DNA of 64,000 nt from Pristiophorus japonicus. Its lineage: Eukaryota. A model generated the notes under the pieces. It was not told the DNA's origin, made no database searches, and saw nothing but the letters and a program-made list of their open reading frames with translations. Below are positions 23,722 through 35,934 of the stretch, piece after piece. Numbering within the stretch: the first letter of the stretch is position 1; every line of letters starts with the position of its first letter. The stretch spans positions 35,216,001 through 35,280,000 of the forward strand of contig NC_091993.1 of the NCBI RefSeq assembly GCF_044704955.1, written 5' to 3'. The position numbers were made by a program, and so were the translations under genes.

Positions 23722-25037
23722 CTGACACACACAGGGAGACAGAGACACACTGGGAGACAGAGACAGACACACTGGGAGACAGAGAGACAGAGACAGACAG
23801 GGGAAGAGAGAGAGAGACAGGGGGAGAGAGAGAGACCGGGGGAGACAGAGAGAGGCAGGGAGACAGAGAGAGAGACACACACACACACACAGGGAGACAG
23901 AGAGACACACATAAGGAGAGAGATAGAGACACACACAGGGAGAGAGACACATACACAGGAAGAGAGACAGAGACATACACAGGGAGACAAGAGACAGACA
24001 GGGAGAGAGAGAGACACACAGGGAGACAGAGAGAGACACACAGGGAGAGGACAAAGTATTATTTAAATGGCGATGGCTTGGGAAGTGTCGATGTACAGAG
24101 GGATCTGGGTGTCCTTGTACACCAGTCATTGAAAGCAAACATGCAGATGCAACAAGCAGTTAGGAAGGCAAATGGTATGTTGGCCTTCATTGCAAGACGA
24201 TTTGAGTATAGGAGCAAAGATGTCTTACTACAGTTACACAGGGCCTTGGTGAGACCGCACCTGGAGTATTGTGTGCAGTTTTGGTCTCCTTACCTAAGGA
24301 AGGATACACTTGCCATAGAGGGAGTGCAGCGAAGGTTCACCAGATTGATTCCTGGGATGGCAGGACTGTTGTATGAGGAGAGATTGGGTTGACTAGGCCT
24401 GTATTCATTAGAGTTTAGAAGAATGAGAGGGGATCTCATTGAAACGTATACAATTCTGACTGGGTTGGATAGACTGGATGCGGGGAGGATGGTTCCCCTG
24501 GCTGGGAAGTCTAGAACAAGGGGTCACAGTCTCAGGATACGGGGTAGGAAATTTAGGACCGAGATGAGGAGAAATGTTTTCACTCAGAGGGTGGTGTACC
24601 TGTGGAATTCTCTACTACAGAAGGCTGTGGAGGCCAAGTCACTGAATGTATTTGAGAGAGAGATAGATAGATTTCTAGACACAAAAGGCATCAAGGGGTA
24701 TGGGGAAAAAGCAGGAATATGGTGTTGAGATAGAGGATCAGCCATGATCATATTGAATGGCGGTGCAGACTCAAAGGGCCGAACGGCCTACTATTGCTCC
24801 TATTTTCTATGTTTCTATGAGGCACAGGGAGAGAGAGAGAACACAGAGAGACAGATACACACAGGGAGACAGGGAGGCACACACAGGGAGAGAGACAGAG
24901 ACAGAGGAAGAAAGATGGACAAACAGGGAGAGAGAGACACACACACAGGGAGAGAGAGAGAAAACCACAGGGAGACAGAGACACACACACGAAGACAAGA
25001 CAGAGAAACACACAGGGAGACAGAGAGAAACACACAG
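23722..25037. repeat. GA/CA-rich compound microsatellite interrupted by a CR1 fragment
   Basis: (gagaca/cacaca/gggaga) runs at 23722-24050 and 24820-25037. Confidence 0.85.
24050..24818 (+). mobile_element. CR1 3' fragment
   Basis: VQRDLGVLV...RPHLEYCVQFWSP...FTQRVVYLWNSL and tail ttttctatgtttctatg. Confidence 0.92.
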
Positions 25038-25974
25038 ATTCCACTTTCTGGCTCTCCTTGCAGCGACTTGGCGTCGCGAGCCTCATCGCCCCTACTGAAA
25101 CATTTAAAACAGCTCCACAATAACCATCGGGGAAAGTGTGGTTGCAGGATGGACATTGAATGGAACAGAAAATGATGTCGGGGCGAGCAGGAGTAAATCT
25201 ACCCGCTCCCGGATCAGCTCAAACCCAAAACCTGTTTCATCAAACGGCTGAAATACTTGCTTGTGTCACATCGTCTCAACCTGCTTAATGCCAACCTTCT
25301 CAGTGTGTGTACGTCTCTCTCTCTCTCTCACTGTGTGTCTCTCTCTCCCTGCGTGTCTCTCTCTGTCTCCCTGTGCGTCTCTCTGATCCCTGTGTGTGAG
25401 GGGGAGTGAGGGGCAGGGTGTGGGGAGGGGGAAGAGTGAGGGGTGAGGGAAAGAGTGCAGGGTAGTGTGTTTGGGGGGGGGGGGGGGGGAAGGGAGTGAG
25501 GGGCAGATAGTGGGGAGGGGGAAAGAGTGCGGGGCAGTGTGTGGGGGGGGTGCCCCGAAGTGGGGGAATCCGAGGTTTGGGGGCAGTCTCCTGCACGACA
25601 AGTCGAGCTGCGAAATAGCTGACAATAAAATGACTTTCAACCATTGCCCTGTAACAACCTGTGCAGCATGGGGTGTATGATAACAAGCTCTGTGCTGCTA
25701 CAGGAGATGTGGTATTGGGGATGGGGGTCTGAGAAAGGTGGGGGGGGGGGGGGGGGCAACGGGAAGCTTCCGAGGAATCGACAGGTTGGGGGAGACGAAG
25801 GTTCGAGTCCTCCCACGGTGTGAAATGACACGAGAGGTTTCCAACCTCAGCAGACCTGGAGAGGTATTTGAACTTTGCTGCTCATATCCTGCCCTATTGA
25901 CCCATCACCCCTGCCCTATTGACCCGTCACCCCTGCCCTGCCCTATTGATCCATCACCCCTCCCTCGTTGACCC

Positions 25975-26295
25975 TCCATTAGCTCCCTGTTCTCAGCGCA
26001 TGGACTGAAAACACCATCCTGATCTTCAACGCTCTCCATGGCCTTGCTCCAATGTGCCCCTTCACTCTGTCCAGTCTGTAACCCGCTTGGCTCGGCTCGG
26101 CTGCCCTATGACCGGTGGCACTGCCTCCATCTACTTGTCCCCTCATCCCTCCACCTGGCAACATCTCCCCAGCCTCAAAACCTTCCTTCAAACCTTCAGC
26201 CACCTCGCCCAACTCCTCTCTGCAGGTTGGTCTGATGGCGAATTGAGAAGCAGACTGGGATATTTTGCTATGCCAAGGTGCTATATAAATATAAA
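25975..26295 (+). mobile_element. Old L2 3' fragment
   Basis: atcttcaacgctctccatggccttgctcc...ggtgctatataaat resembles the L2 end at 4530-4890. Confidence 0.5.
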
Positions 26296-26704
26296 CTGCT
26301 GGATTTTGCAGGACACAGTAATCGGGAGTACAAAGCAATGTAACTGGACAGAAAGGACACACGTCCGTCTCTTGTAGTCTTCAGTCTCCCGTTGCCATCT
26401 CTGTAACTCTGCAATCCAGAGTCGCCACTGGTGAGGGTGCAAGCTCACACCACCAGGAAACTGGCCACAGACCACCCTTGGAACTGTGCCCCTGGACTGT
26501 GCTCGATGCAGTGATCGCTGCTTTCGATAATCACACTCAACAGCCTCTAACTTTATATGAAATAATCACGTCAGGTTGGCAGCTCTCGCTCTCTGTATGT
26601 TTGCACTGCAGATATTTATTTTATTTCATGATCAAGTTTTCTAATTTTTCAAAGTCAGACTTTTAACAAACTATAAAGGATTCTGTGTTTATAAAAAATA
26701 CAAG

Positions 26705-26710
26705 TTTATT
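26705..26710 (-). terminator. AATAAA polyadenylation signal of AFG2B
   Basis: tttatt on plus, about 80 nt downstream of the AFG2B stop. Confidence 0.6.
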
Positions 26711-26787
26711 GTAAATTTCTACCCAGTTCTGATTTGTCTGTCTGGAGCCAAACTGCTGTGTTAGCTAAGGTTGCGCTCTCTCCGGGG

Positions 26788-26940
26788 TCAGCTGAGGTCA
26801 TTTGTTGAGAATAAGTTCTGGTAGAATTCCATCTGTTGCTGGCTCAGGGAGGGTTTTACACTCTGAAGGGATTTCAGAAAGTGACGGTGATTCACAGCAG
26901 CTGCATCAAGTCCGTTTTCTTGTAGAGCCAGCAAGGCAGC
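26788..26940 (-). CDS. AFG2B: AFG2B/SPATA5L1 last exon AALLALQENG...FYQNLFSTNDLS*
   Basis: Acceptor ttttgtccccacag; 51 codons including stop; AAA C-terminal helix. Confidence 0.9.
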   Translation of the reverse strand, partial: AALLALQENGLDAAAVNHRHFLKSLQSVKPSLSQQQMEFYQNLFSTNDLS

Positions 26941-28059
26941 CTGTGGGGACAAAAGAGTCAAAATAAAGTGTTCCATGGGCAGGTGATCACAAGACGAGGG
27001 GTGGGGGAGGGAGGGGGAGTGGCAGAGGGAGTCTGGGGTCACGTGGGGAGCGACCCCGGTGTCTAGGGTCACGCTCAGACAGGCACGTGTATTGGGAGCT
27101 GCAGTTGGAGAACGGTCAGAACAATATCCCGAGGGGCAGTAGCTCAGTGCTGCCTCCTGCAGGCTATTCAGAGCAGCTGCTGCCTGTCAATCACACAAAG
27201 TGCAGCACCTGACAGATACAGTTGAGCTTGGGATCAGGATCACTGGCCACACACCTGGCAACGTCTCTCTGTCTCGGGCGTGGGGCGCTTAATACTGGGA
27301 GCAAAAGATGGGAAAGAGTTCGATTCCACACAGCCTTATTGGGCAGGAATTGAGCTGCAAGGCTGGACTTTATACAAACACCAGCACTCATTGGTAGGAG
27401 CGAGAAACAGCTGACCTTTCACCTTTCCACAGATGCTGCTTGACCGACTCGGTTTCCAGCAGTTTTTATTTCAGATTTCCAGCATTTTTCTTTTGATTTC
27501 GATACACATCAAGGCGGTTCGTAGACTGAAGCACTTCACCGGCTGGGAAATGCTGCGTGCATGATCGGTCTCATCAGTAGAGTAGCAGCAACCGATCAGT
27601 GCAATGCTGAAGATTCTGTGGGTCAGTCCCTCGGTGGAAGCGGAAGTACAAACACAAAGCCCTTGAGCAGTTCAGGTCCACGCGCAGTGCAAGTTAGCCA
27701 ACAGATTTCACTCCTATTTCTTCACAAGAATCACAAACCTGTGACAACACCCACAGTCCCCACTCTGCCTTGTGCTGCCGGTTTAACAGGGTACGTGTGG
27801 CCACAGCCTGGACCAGCCTCATCTCAACGGCGACATAAACTAATCCAGGTTTCATTATTCACTCAAACCCCCAAACTCTTCCTTCCTCCCCTTCTAAACA
27901 AAGTTCATTTTTCAGTTTTAGCCCCTTCCCTTCGAGTCCCAGTGTCTACCGGGAACTGTCTACATTCAACTGCTGCAAGGGCAGAGACTGAATAAACCCA
28001 GTCTGCTGCCCAACTCCCTGTGCAGGCACTTCAATCCTACCCTCACACCTCAAGCTCAC

Positions 28060-28182
28060 CTCTTTGCACAAATTCTGTAAATCAGCTCCAGTAAAGCCCA
28101 CCGTCTCAGCTGCCAGCTCCTCCAAGGACACATCATCCAGCGGAGTTTTGGACGTGCAGATCCTCAGTATGGAAAGTCTTGC
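28060..28182 (-). CDS. AFG2B: AFG2B exon [41 protein letters not shown]
   Basis: cag acceptor, donor GAG|gtgagc; 41 codons; AAA lid motif GFTGADL. Confidence 0.92.
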
Positions 28183-28241
28183 CTGTGTGTAATAAATGAT
28201 CAGCACAGCAGCAGCCAAACTGGACAAGCAACTATACCAAA

Positions 28242-28392
28242 AAACAGATTATCTGCTCATTATCACATTGCTGTTTGTGGGAGCTTGCTGTGCACAAATT
28301 GCCTGCTACATTACAACAGTGACTACACGTCATTGGCTGTAAAGCTCCTTGGGACGTCCCGAGGTTTTGAAAGCTGCTGACTAAACACAAGT
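28242..28392 (+). mobile_element. Deu-domain SINE 3' half
   Basis: cacattgctgtttgtgggagcttgctgtg...cattggctgtaaag, as in 51050-51230. Confidence 0.8.
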
Positions 28393-28497
28393 CAATTTTT
28401 CTTTCTTCAATAAACATCTTTACATAGATTTTTGATGGTGACATGAATACAACTTAAACCAACAATGGAATCCCTCAGACTAGTGAAGCTCGGACTA

Positions 28498-28704
<207 letters not shown>

Positions 28705-30349
28705 CTAAACAAAGGGAGAAACAATGTTCGATTATACTCAAATTGATAAAACAGTATGTGTGAATCTTCTGTTGAAATGTTAATGATTAAATGGTAATGT
28801 AGAGTGACGAGATTCTACAGCTCGCTGATGCCTGTGTGACTGAGTCTTGCATCGACAGGAAAATGACTTATTTTAGATCGACAGTGTAACACAGATTAAA
28901 CATCGGCTTCAGTTAGCTGTAGCTGTCTGTGTCAGAGGGTAACCAACACACATAACTCCCTGATTCTGTTCTATTTCAGTTGAGCGATCTCTCCAAGCTG
29001 GGCTCTCCAAGCTGGGCTCTCCTGCTTGTTCGTGGTGTCAGAGGTGAATTGTGCCAGTAGTTTGGACCACACTTTGCAGGTGTTAAAATTTACACACGAA
29101 GGGGAGGAGATGAAATTCAGTACCTCACTCAAATGGTTGGACTTTAGGTTATTTTGGAAGAGCTTGTGCAGTCTGCAGAGCAAGATCCCACAAACAGCGA
29201 TGTGATAATGTGACTGCAAGTATCTTGCCGCACTCTGTCGATGTAATTACTTCACTCGTACAGCTGAAGACGGAATGTAATGCTCGGACCATTTATTTAC
29301 TGCCTGTTGGTGTGGACAGGAGAGCGTGATGTCACGCAGGGTGTGAGATACTGGGAAAAGGATAATTCCACCCTGAGGGAGGTATAATGGAGAAGTTTTA
29401 GGTGACAGAAAGCACAGGCTGTTTATGGAAAATGACCTTTTTGTTGTGAATATAAAAGGTGCTGGGAGAGGCCTGAGTTGTAACAACTAAAACGCTTCAC
29501 GTACAAGGCACGGTTGAGTTCCTGTCGCACAGTGCATATTCTGTGTGGCATTGATGAATGGAAAGTGACAGATAAGACGCGATCAGAATACCCTGCTTCG
29601 AAGTACTACCAGGAATCTCAAATATCCATTTGCAGAGAACCTTGGCTTAACGTCGCACCCAAAGGGCAGAGGCTTTGGGCAGTGCAGCTCTCCCCCGGCT
29701 TAGATATGCTCAAGTCTTCATGTGGGACTCGAATCTGAAGCCTTTCACCCAAAGGGTGTAACTGAATGAGCCCAGCAGGTTCCTCCAGACACTCCACAGT
29801 GCTCACTGCCGACAGCGTTACCGGGGAAAACTGAATCTCGATCTGCTGCTGCCAAGGCAGGTGTGCAGCCAGGGAAGAACACGTGCCAATTTGCTCTGTA
29901 ATCGATTGGCAGAAAGAACAACTGCTGAGAGTTAATGGAGGTGAATGACTGAGAGAGACCAGGACCCACACCGTACTCCCAGTTCCCCAATCCCAACCTT
30001 TGGGAAAGCACCAGCAGTTCTGCTGTAAAACTGGGCGATAACATTACAATTTAAGAGAGAATTATCACCGAATTAAGCCTCACTGCACAGTTCCGTAGAC
30101 TTCTGATTTTCTGTTACATCTCAAGTCAGTTACAAAAGTCAGTTTTTAAAAACATTATTAAGTACCCCTTTCAGAATGAAACATCTCCAGCTATTAATTA
30201 CCTTTATGGTGAACCTGGTGCTCCAGCTAGGGGCAGGGAATGGGAAATGATTCTAAGCCCGTCTCAGTGCCAGCACCAGATATATTATGGGCTGGATTTT
30301 GAGTAGAGACCCTTTCACATCAAGTACTCACATGACGAGACACCGCAGT

Positions 30350-30520
30350 GTCAGCTGTGGCTCAGAAGGTTGTGGGTTCAAGTCGCACCCCAAGAACTTG
30401 AGCATAAAAATCCAGGCTGACACTCCAGTGCAGCGCCGAGGGAGCGCCGCACTGCCGGAGGGGGCAGCGCCGAGGGAGCGCCGCACTGCCGGAGGGGGCA
30501 GCGCCGAGGGAGCGGCGCAT
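30350..30520 (+). mobile_element. Deu-domain SINE tRNA head with ~3 copies of the 33-bp unit
   Basis: tggctcag...ggttcaagtc pol III boxes followed by gagggagcgccgcactgccggagggg repeats. Confidence 0.75.
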
Positions 30521-30843
30521 GATGCCTGTCTCTCGGTGGGAGGGGGGGAAGGGGTGGGCCTGACGGGACGCCTATGTCTCGGGGGGAGTGGGGTTTAATG
30601 GGACACCAACGTTTCGGCGGGGGGGGTGGGGGGAGGACACACACACAGGACGCCTGTGTCTCGGGGTCAGGGGATGACGGGACACACGTTTCTCTGGGTG
30701 ACCTGCTCATTAATTCAGAATTAGGGACAGTGTTTGTGTAGGTCTTTTGAGCAGTTCATTTATTCAATCAAAAACCTTTAGCCCTGGTAAGAATGAGCAC
30801 TTTCTGCGTTCAGGCCACACGCTTGGCCGATTTAATCTTTCAC

Positions 30844-31077
30844 CTTTTTTGTCTGTCCCTCGGATTGTTCTCCTTCACACTCGAGCGTTTTCTGTCCACT
30901 GCCTCTCCTCTCAGTCACTGACCGGCCAATTCCATCCATCTCATTAAGAAGAACCGACAGGACCCGCTCATGGACACTGCGGCCACTCGTAGCGTCGAGT
31001 GACCGGGATCCCAGCATGGAGTCAATCTCATCTAGGAACAGGATTGATGGAGCGGCGGCTCGAGCTTGCCGAAAAAC
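30844..31077 (-). CDS. AFG2B: AFG2B exon [20 protein letters not shown]...VLLNEMDG...GQTKK (D2 Walker B)
   Basis: Walker B ILFLDE; 78 codons; donor AAG|gtgaaa. Confidence 0.93.
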
Positions 31078-31214
31078 CTGCACTTAAAACAGACCAGTCA
31101 GTGGGGGTCGGGAATCCGGACACAACTCTACCGACTGTTACCAGGGTCTAATCATTTAGTATTTGCAAGTTCGATAGGCTAGTTAGCAGAGGATTAAAGG
31201 AGGTGCAATGTTGA

Positions 31215-31870
31215 TCACCGAGAACATACATAACATAAAAACATAATAGGAGCAGGAGTTGGCCATTCGGCCCCTCGAGCCTGCTCCACCGTTCAGTAAG
31301 ATCGTGGCTGATCTGATCATGGACTCAACTCTACTTCCATGCCCACTCCCCATAACCCCTGACTCCTTTATCATTCAAAAATCCGTCTATCTCCACCTTA
31401 AGTATATTCAAAGACCCAGCCTCCACAGCTCTCTGGGGCAGAGAATTCCAAAGATTCACGACCCCCAGAGAGGAAATTCCTCTTCGCCCCCGTTTTAAAT
31501 GGGTGACCCCTTATTCTGAAACTATGCCCCCTAGTTCTAGATTCTCCCACGAGGGAAAACATCCTCTCTGCATCTACCCTGTCGAGCCCCCTCAGAATCT
31601 TATATGTTTCAATAAGATCACCCCTCACTCTTCTAAACTCCAATGAGTATAGGCCCAACCTGCTCAACCTTTCTTCATAAGACAACCCCTTCATCTCAGG
31701 AATCAACCTCGTGAACCTTCTCTGAACTGCTCCAATGCAAGTATATTAAAAATGGAGACCAGAACTGTACGCAGCACTCCAGGTATGGAGTACAATGTGC
31801 AGTTGTAAAAGGACTTCCCTTGTTTTATACTCCAACCCCCGGCAACAAAGGCCAACATTCCATTTGCCTG
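31215..31870 (-). mobile_element. CR1 3' fragment
   Basis: ORF 31398-31706 LSYEERLSRLGLYSLEFRRVRGDLIETYK and tail. Confidence 0.88.
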
Positions 31871-32028
31871 AGCTCACGCAGACCAGATGATCAGAATATA
31901 CACAGAAACAAAATGGCAACAGACACCACTGTTGTGTTTCTGTAATTCTATATACCTGGACAGCGGTACACTGTTCAGTAAAACCTGCTTGCTGTTGAAG
32001 ACTGAATGAAGCTGCTGGAAATACACAC

Positions 32029-32238
32029 CTGAGCCAAGGCCTTTTCAGAATCGCCGACAAACGGTGAGAAGAGATCAGCTCCACTGACTGACAGGAAGGA
32101 ACAGCGGCAGCTAGAGGCCGCAGCCTTCACCAGTGTGGTCTTTGCACATCCGGGGGGTCCGTACAGGAGAATTCCCCGTGTGGGCTTCACACCCATCCTC
32201 ACAAATGCCTCCGGGAACATCATTGGCCACTCGATACT
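32029..32238 (-). CDS. AFG2B: AFG2B exon [12 protein letters not shown]...[13 protein letters not shown]...GDSEKALAQ (D2 Walker A)
   Basis: Walker A GPPGCAKT; 70 codons; cag acceptor and gtgtgt donor; position next to C15orf48 matches known SPATA5L1-C15orf48 synteny. Confidence 0.93.
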
Positions 32239-32312
32239 CTGCACAGAGAATCCCACAGTTACAAACGGCACCCTCGACTCCCTCAAACTCATTCACAGAG
32301 CAGGAGGGAATG

Positions 32313-32734
32313 NNNNNNNNNNNNNNNNNNNNNNNNNNNNNNNNNNNNNNNNNNNNNNNNNNNNNNNNNNNNNNNNNNNNNNNNNNNNNNNNNNNNNNNN
32401 NNNNNNNNNNNNNNNNNNNNNNNNNNNNNNNNNNNNNNNNNNNNNNNNNNNNNNNNNNNNNNNNNNNNNNNNNNNNNNNNNNNNNNNNNNNNNNNNNNNN
32501 NNNNNNNNNNNNGCCGGGAGGGAGGAGGAGGAGGAGGAGGAGGAGGAGGAGGAGGGAGGTGGGGCCCCGGGAGGAGAGNNNNNNNNNNNNNNNNNNNNNN
32601 NNNNNNNNNNNNNNNNNNNNNNNNNNNNNNNNNNNNNNNNNNNNNNNNNNNNNNNNNNNNNNNNNNNNNNNNNNNNNNNNNNNNNNNNNNNNNNNNNNNN
32701 NNNNNNNNNNNNNNNNNNNNNNNNNNNNNNNNNN
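32313..32734. other. Assembly gaps (N runs 32313-32512 and 32579-32734)
   Basis: N characters. Confidence 0.99.
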
Positions 32735-33605
32735 GGGGAGAGGAGAGAGATGGGGCCCCGGGGGTGGGGGGGGAGAGGAGAGAGGTGGGGCCCCGGGGGG
32801 CAGAGGAGCGAGGTGGGGAGGAGAGAGGTGGGACCCCGGGGGCGGAGGAGTGAGGTGGGGAGGCGGAGGGGAGGAGAGAGGTGGGGCCCGGGGGGCGGGG
32901 AGGAGCAAGGTGGGGCCCGGGGGCGGGGAGGAGAGAGGTGGGGCCCCGGGGGGAGGAGGAGAGGTGGGGCCCCAGGGGGAGGAGGAGATGGGACCCGGGG
33001 GGGGCGGTGGGGAGAGTTGGGACCCGGGGGGGAGGGGGAGGGAGAGGGAGAGGTGGGGGCCCGGGGGGTGGGGGAAGGGAGAGGGAGAGGTGGGGGCCCC
33101 TGCGGGGGGAGAGAGAGGTGGGGGCCCGGGGGGGGGGGGGGGAAGAGGGAGAGGGAGGGGAGAGGGAGAGGTGGGGGCCCGGGGGGGGGGGGGGGAGAGG
33201 GAGAGGTGGGGGCCCGGGGGGGGGAGGGAGAGGTGGGGGCCCGGGGGGGTGGGGAAGGGAGAGGAGAGGTGGGGGCCCCTGGGGGGGGAGGGAGAGGTGG
33301 GGGCCCGGGGGGGGGGGGAAGAGGGAGAGGGAGGGGAGAGGGAGAGGTGGGGGCCCGGGGGGCGGGGAGGGAGAGGGAGAGGTGGGGGCCCGGGGGGAGT
33401 GGGAGAGGTGGGGGCCCGGGGGGAGAGGTGGGCCCTCGGTGGGGGGAGAGTTGGGTCCCGGGGGGGAGAGCAGGTGGGGCCCCGGGGGGAGGGGAAAGGT
33501 GGGGCCCTCGGGGGGTGGGGCTGGAAGAGGTGGTGCCCTGGGGGGGGAGACAGGGACAAGTGGGGCCCGGGGGGGGGGCGGAGAGAGAAGGTGGGCGCGG
33601 GGGGA
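32735..33605. repeat. Extremely G-rich satellite (gagaggtgggggcccgggggg-type units)
   Basis: Strong strand skew with many G5-G10 runs around a recurring ggggcccgggg core. Confidence 0.9.
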
Positions 33606-35428
33606 GAAGGAATAAGGGATGGTATCAAATTGAAAACAAGGGCATACAATGTGGCCAAGACTAGTGGGAGGCCAGAGGATTGGGAAACCTTTAAAAGCCA
33701 GCAAAGAACCACTTAAAAAATGATAGAGAGCGAAGATAGATTATGAAAGTAAACTAGCACAAAATATAAAAACAGATAGTAAGAGTTTCTACAGGTACAT
33801 AAAAAGGAAAAGAGTGGCTAAAGTAAAAATTGGTCCCCTAGAGGATGAGATTGGTGATTAAAGGCGGACAAATCCCCTGGACCTGATGGTTTACATCCTA
33901 GGGTCTTAAAAGAGATGGCTGCAGAGATAGTGGGTTGTAATTACCAAAATTCCCTTGATTCTGGGGAGGTCCCAGCAGATTGGAAAACTGCAAATGTAAC
34001 ACCCCTATTTAAAAAAGGAGGCAGACAAAAAGCAGGAAACTATAGACCAGTTAGACTAACATCTGTCGTTGGGAAAATGCTGGAGTCCATTATTAAAGAA
34101 GCAGTAGCAGGACATTTGGAAAAGCATAATTCAATCAAGCAGAGTCAGCATGAAAGGGAAATCATGTTTGAAAAATTTGCTGGAGTGCTTTGAGGATGTA
34201 ATGAGCAGGGTGGATAAAGGGGAACCAGTGGATGTGTATTTGGATTTCCAAAAGGCATTCAATAAGGTGCCACATAAAAGGTTACTGCACAAGATAAAAG
34301 TTCATGGGGTTGGGAGTAATATACTAGCATGGATAGAGGATTGGCTAACTAACAGAAAACAGAGAGTTGGGATAAATGGGTAATTTTCCGGTTGGCAAAC
34401 AATGACCAGTGGGGTGCCGCAGGGATCGGTGCTGGGGCCTCAACTATTTACAATCTATATTAATGACTTGGATGAAAGGACCAAGTGTAATGTAACCAAG
34501 TTTGCTGATGATACAAAGAGGGGTGGGAAAGGAAATTGTGAGGAGGACACAAAAAATCTGCAAAGGGATATAGACAGGCTAAGTGAGTGGGCAAAAAATT
34601 GGCAGATGGAGTATAATATGTGAAAATGTGAGGTTATTCACTTTGGCAGAAAAAATAGAAAAGCAAATTATAATTTAAATGGAGAAAAATTGTAAAGTGC
34701 TACAGTAGAGAGAGACCTGGGGGTCCTTGTGCACGAAACACAAAAAGTGAGTATGCAGGTACAGCAAGTAATCAGGAAGGCAAATGGAATGTTGCCCTTT
34801 ATTGCAAGGGGGATAGAGTATAAAAGCAGAGAAGTCCTGCTGCAACTGTACAGGGTATTGGTGAGGCCACACCTAGAGTACTGCGTACAGTTTTGGTCTC
34901 CGTATTTAAGGAAGGATATACTTGCATTGGAGGCTGTTCAGAGAAGGTTCACTAGGTTAATTCCGGAGATGAGGGGGTTGACTTATGAAGATAGGTTGAG
35001 CCTATACACATTGGAATTCAGAAGAATGAGGTGATCTTATTGAAAATGAAGTTAATGAGGGGGCTCGACAAGGTGGATGCAGGGAGGATATTTCCACTCA
35101 TAGGGAAACTAAAACGAGGGGACATAGTCTCAGAATAAGGGGCCGCCCATTTAAAACTGAGATGAGGAGGAATTTCTTCTCTCTCAGGGTTGTAAATCTG
35201 TGGAATTCTCTGCCCCAGAGAGCTGTGGAGGCTGGGTCATTGAATATATTTAAGGCGGAAATACAGATTTTTGAGCGTTAAGGGAATAAAGGATTATGGG
35301 GAGCGGGCAGGGAAGTGGAGCTGAGTCCATGATCAGATCAGCCATAATCTTATTGAATGGCGGAGCAGGCTCGAGGGACCAAATGGCCGACTGCTGCTTC
35401 TATTTCTTATGTTCTTATGTTCTTATGT
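33606..35428 (+). mobile_element. CR1 ORF2 3' portion with internal deletion and tail
   Basis: RT motifs in ORFs 33915-35034; tail ttcttatgttcttatgttcttatgtt runs into the ARPIN exon 2 acceptor. Confidence 0.92.
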
Positions 35429-35434
35429 TTGCAG

Positions 35435-35510
35435 CGGCCCCGGGGCAGTGCTGGAAGGGGAGCTGGTCGATGTGTCCCGGCACCGGATCGACGGTAGCGG
35501 AAACCGGCAG
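35435..35510 (+). CDS. ARPIN: ARPIN exon 2 GPGAVLEGELVDVSRHRIDGSGNRQ
   Basis: tttgcag acceptor, CAG|gtgagc donor; 76 nt; matches recalled GVLLEGELIDVSRH. Confidence 0.88.
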
Positions 35511-35934
35511 GTGAGCGAGGCAGAGACTGGGGGCGGGGCCAAAGGGAGGGGCGGGGACTGGGGCGGGGTGAGGTCTGTGCTGTAACCATTCTGTGATTCT
35601 GATTCTTGTCCGAATCATTCCTTTAAATGTGCCGGTTACAAACAGGAAGCTGCCTTTCCAATGCAAGTCCCACTTTCTTTTGCCTTTGAATGAAGAGGAT
35701 TCAGAGATCACCTTCCTAATGGTAAATTTCACGGCCCAGCGTCTCAAGCTGAGGAAGGTGGGAGATTCCTGTGGTTGGTGAAACTTCTGTCCTTTTGTGA
35801 GATTATTTCACTGTCTGTGACCAGGATATGTGGGCAATACTTGGGACCAGGTTACCTCCCAAAGCGCTTTATAGCCAATGAAGTATTCGTTTTCATTCAC
35901 AGGATGTGGGTGCCACTGGCAAGGCCAGCATGTG

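Noticed and set aside
23660-25125. Possible divergent spliced micro-ORF (ATG near 23660, donor near 23696, acceptor near 25063)
   Set aside because: Weak donor, about 30 aa, no homology; cannot be told from chance.
32111-33716. 470-530 aa Gly/Pro-rich ORFs
   Set aside because: Span N-gaps and a G-rich satellite; artefacts.
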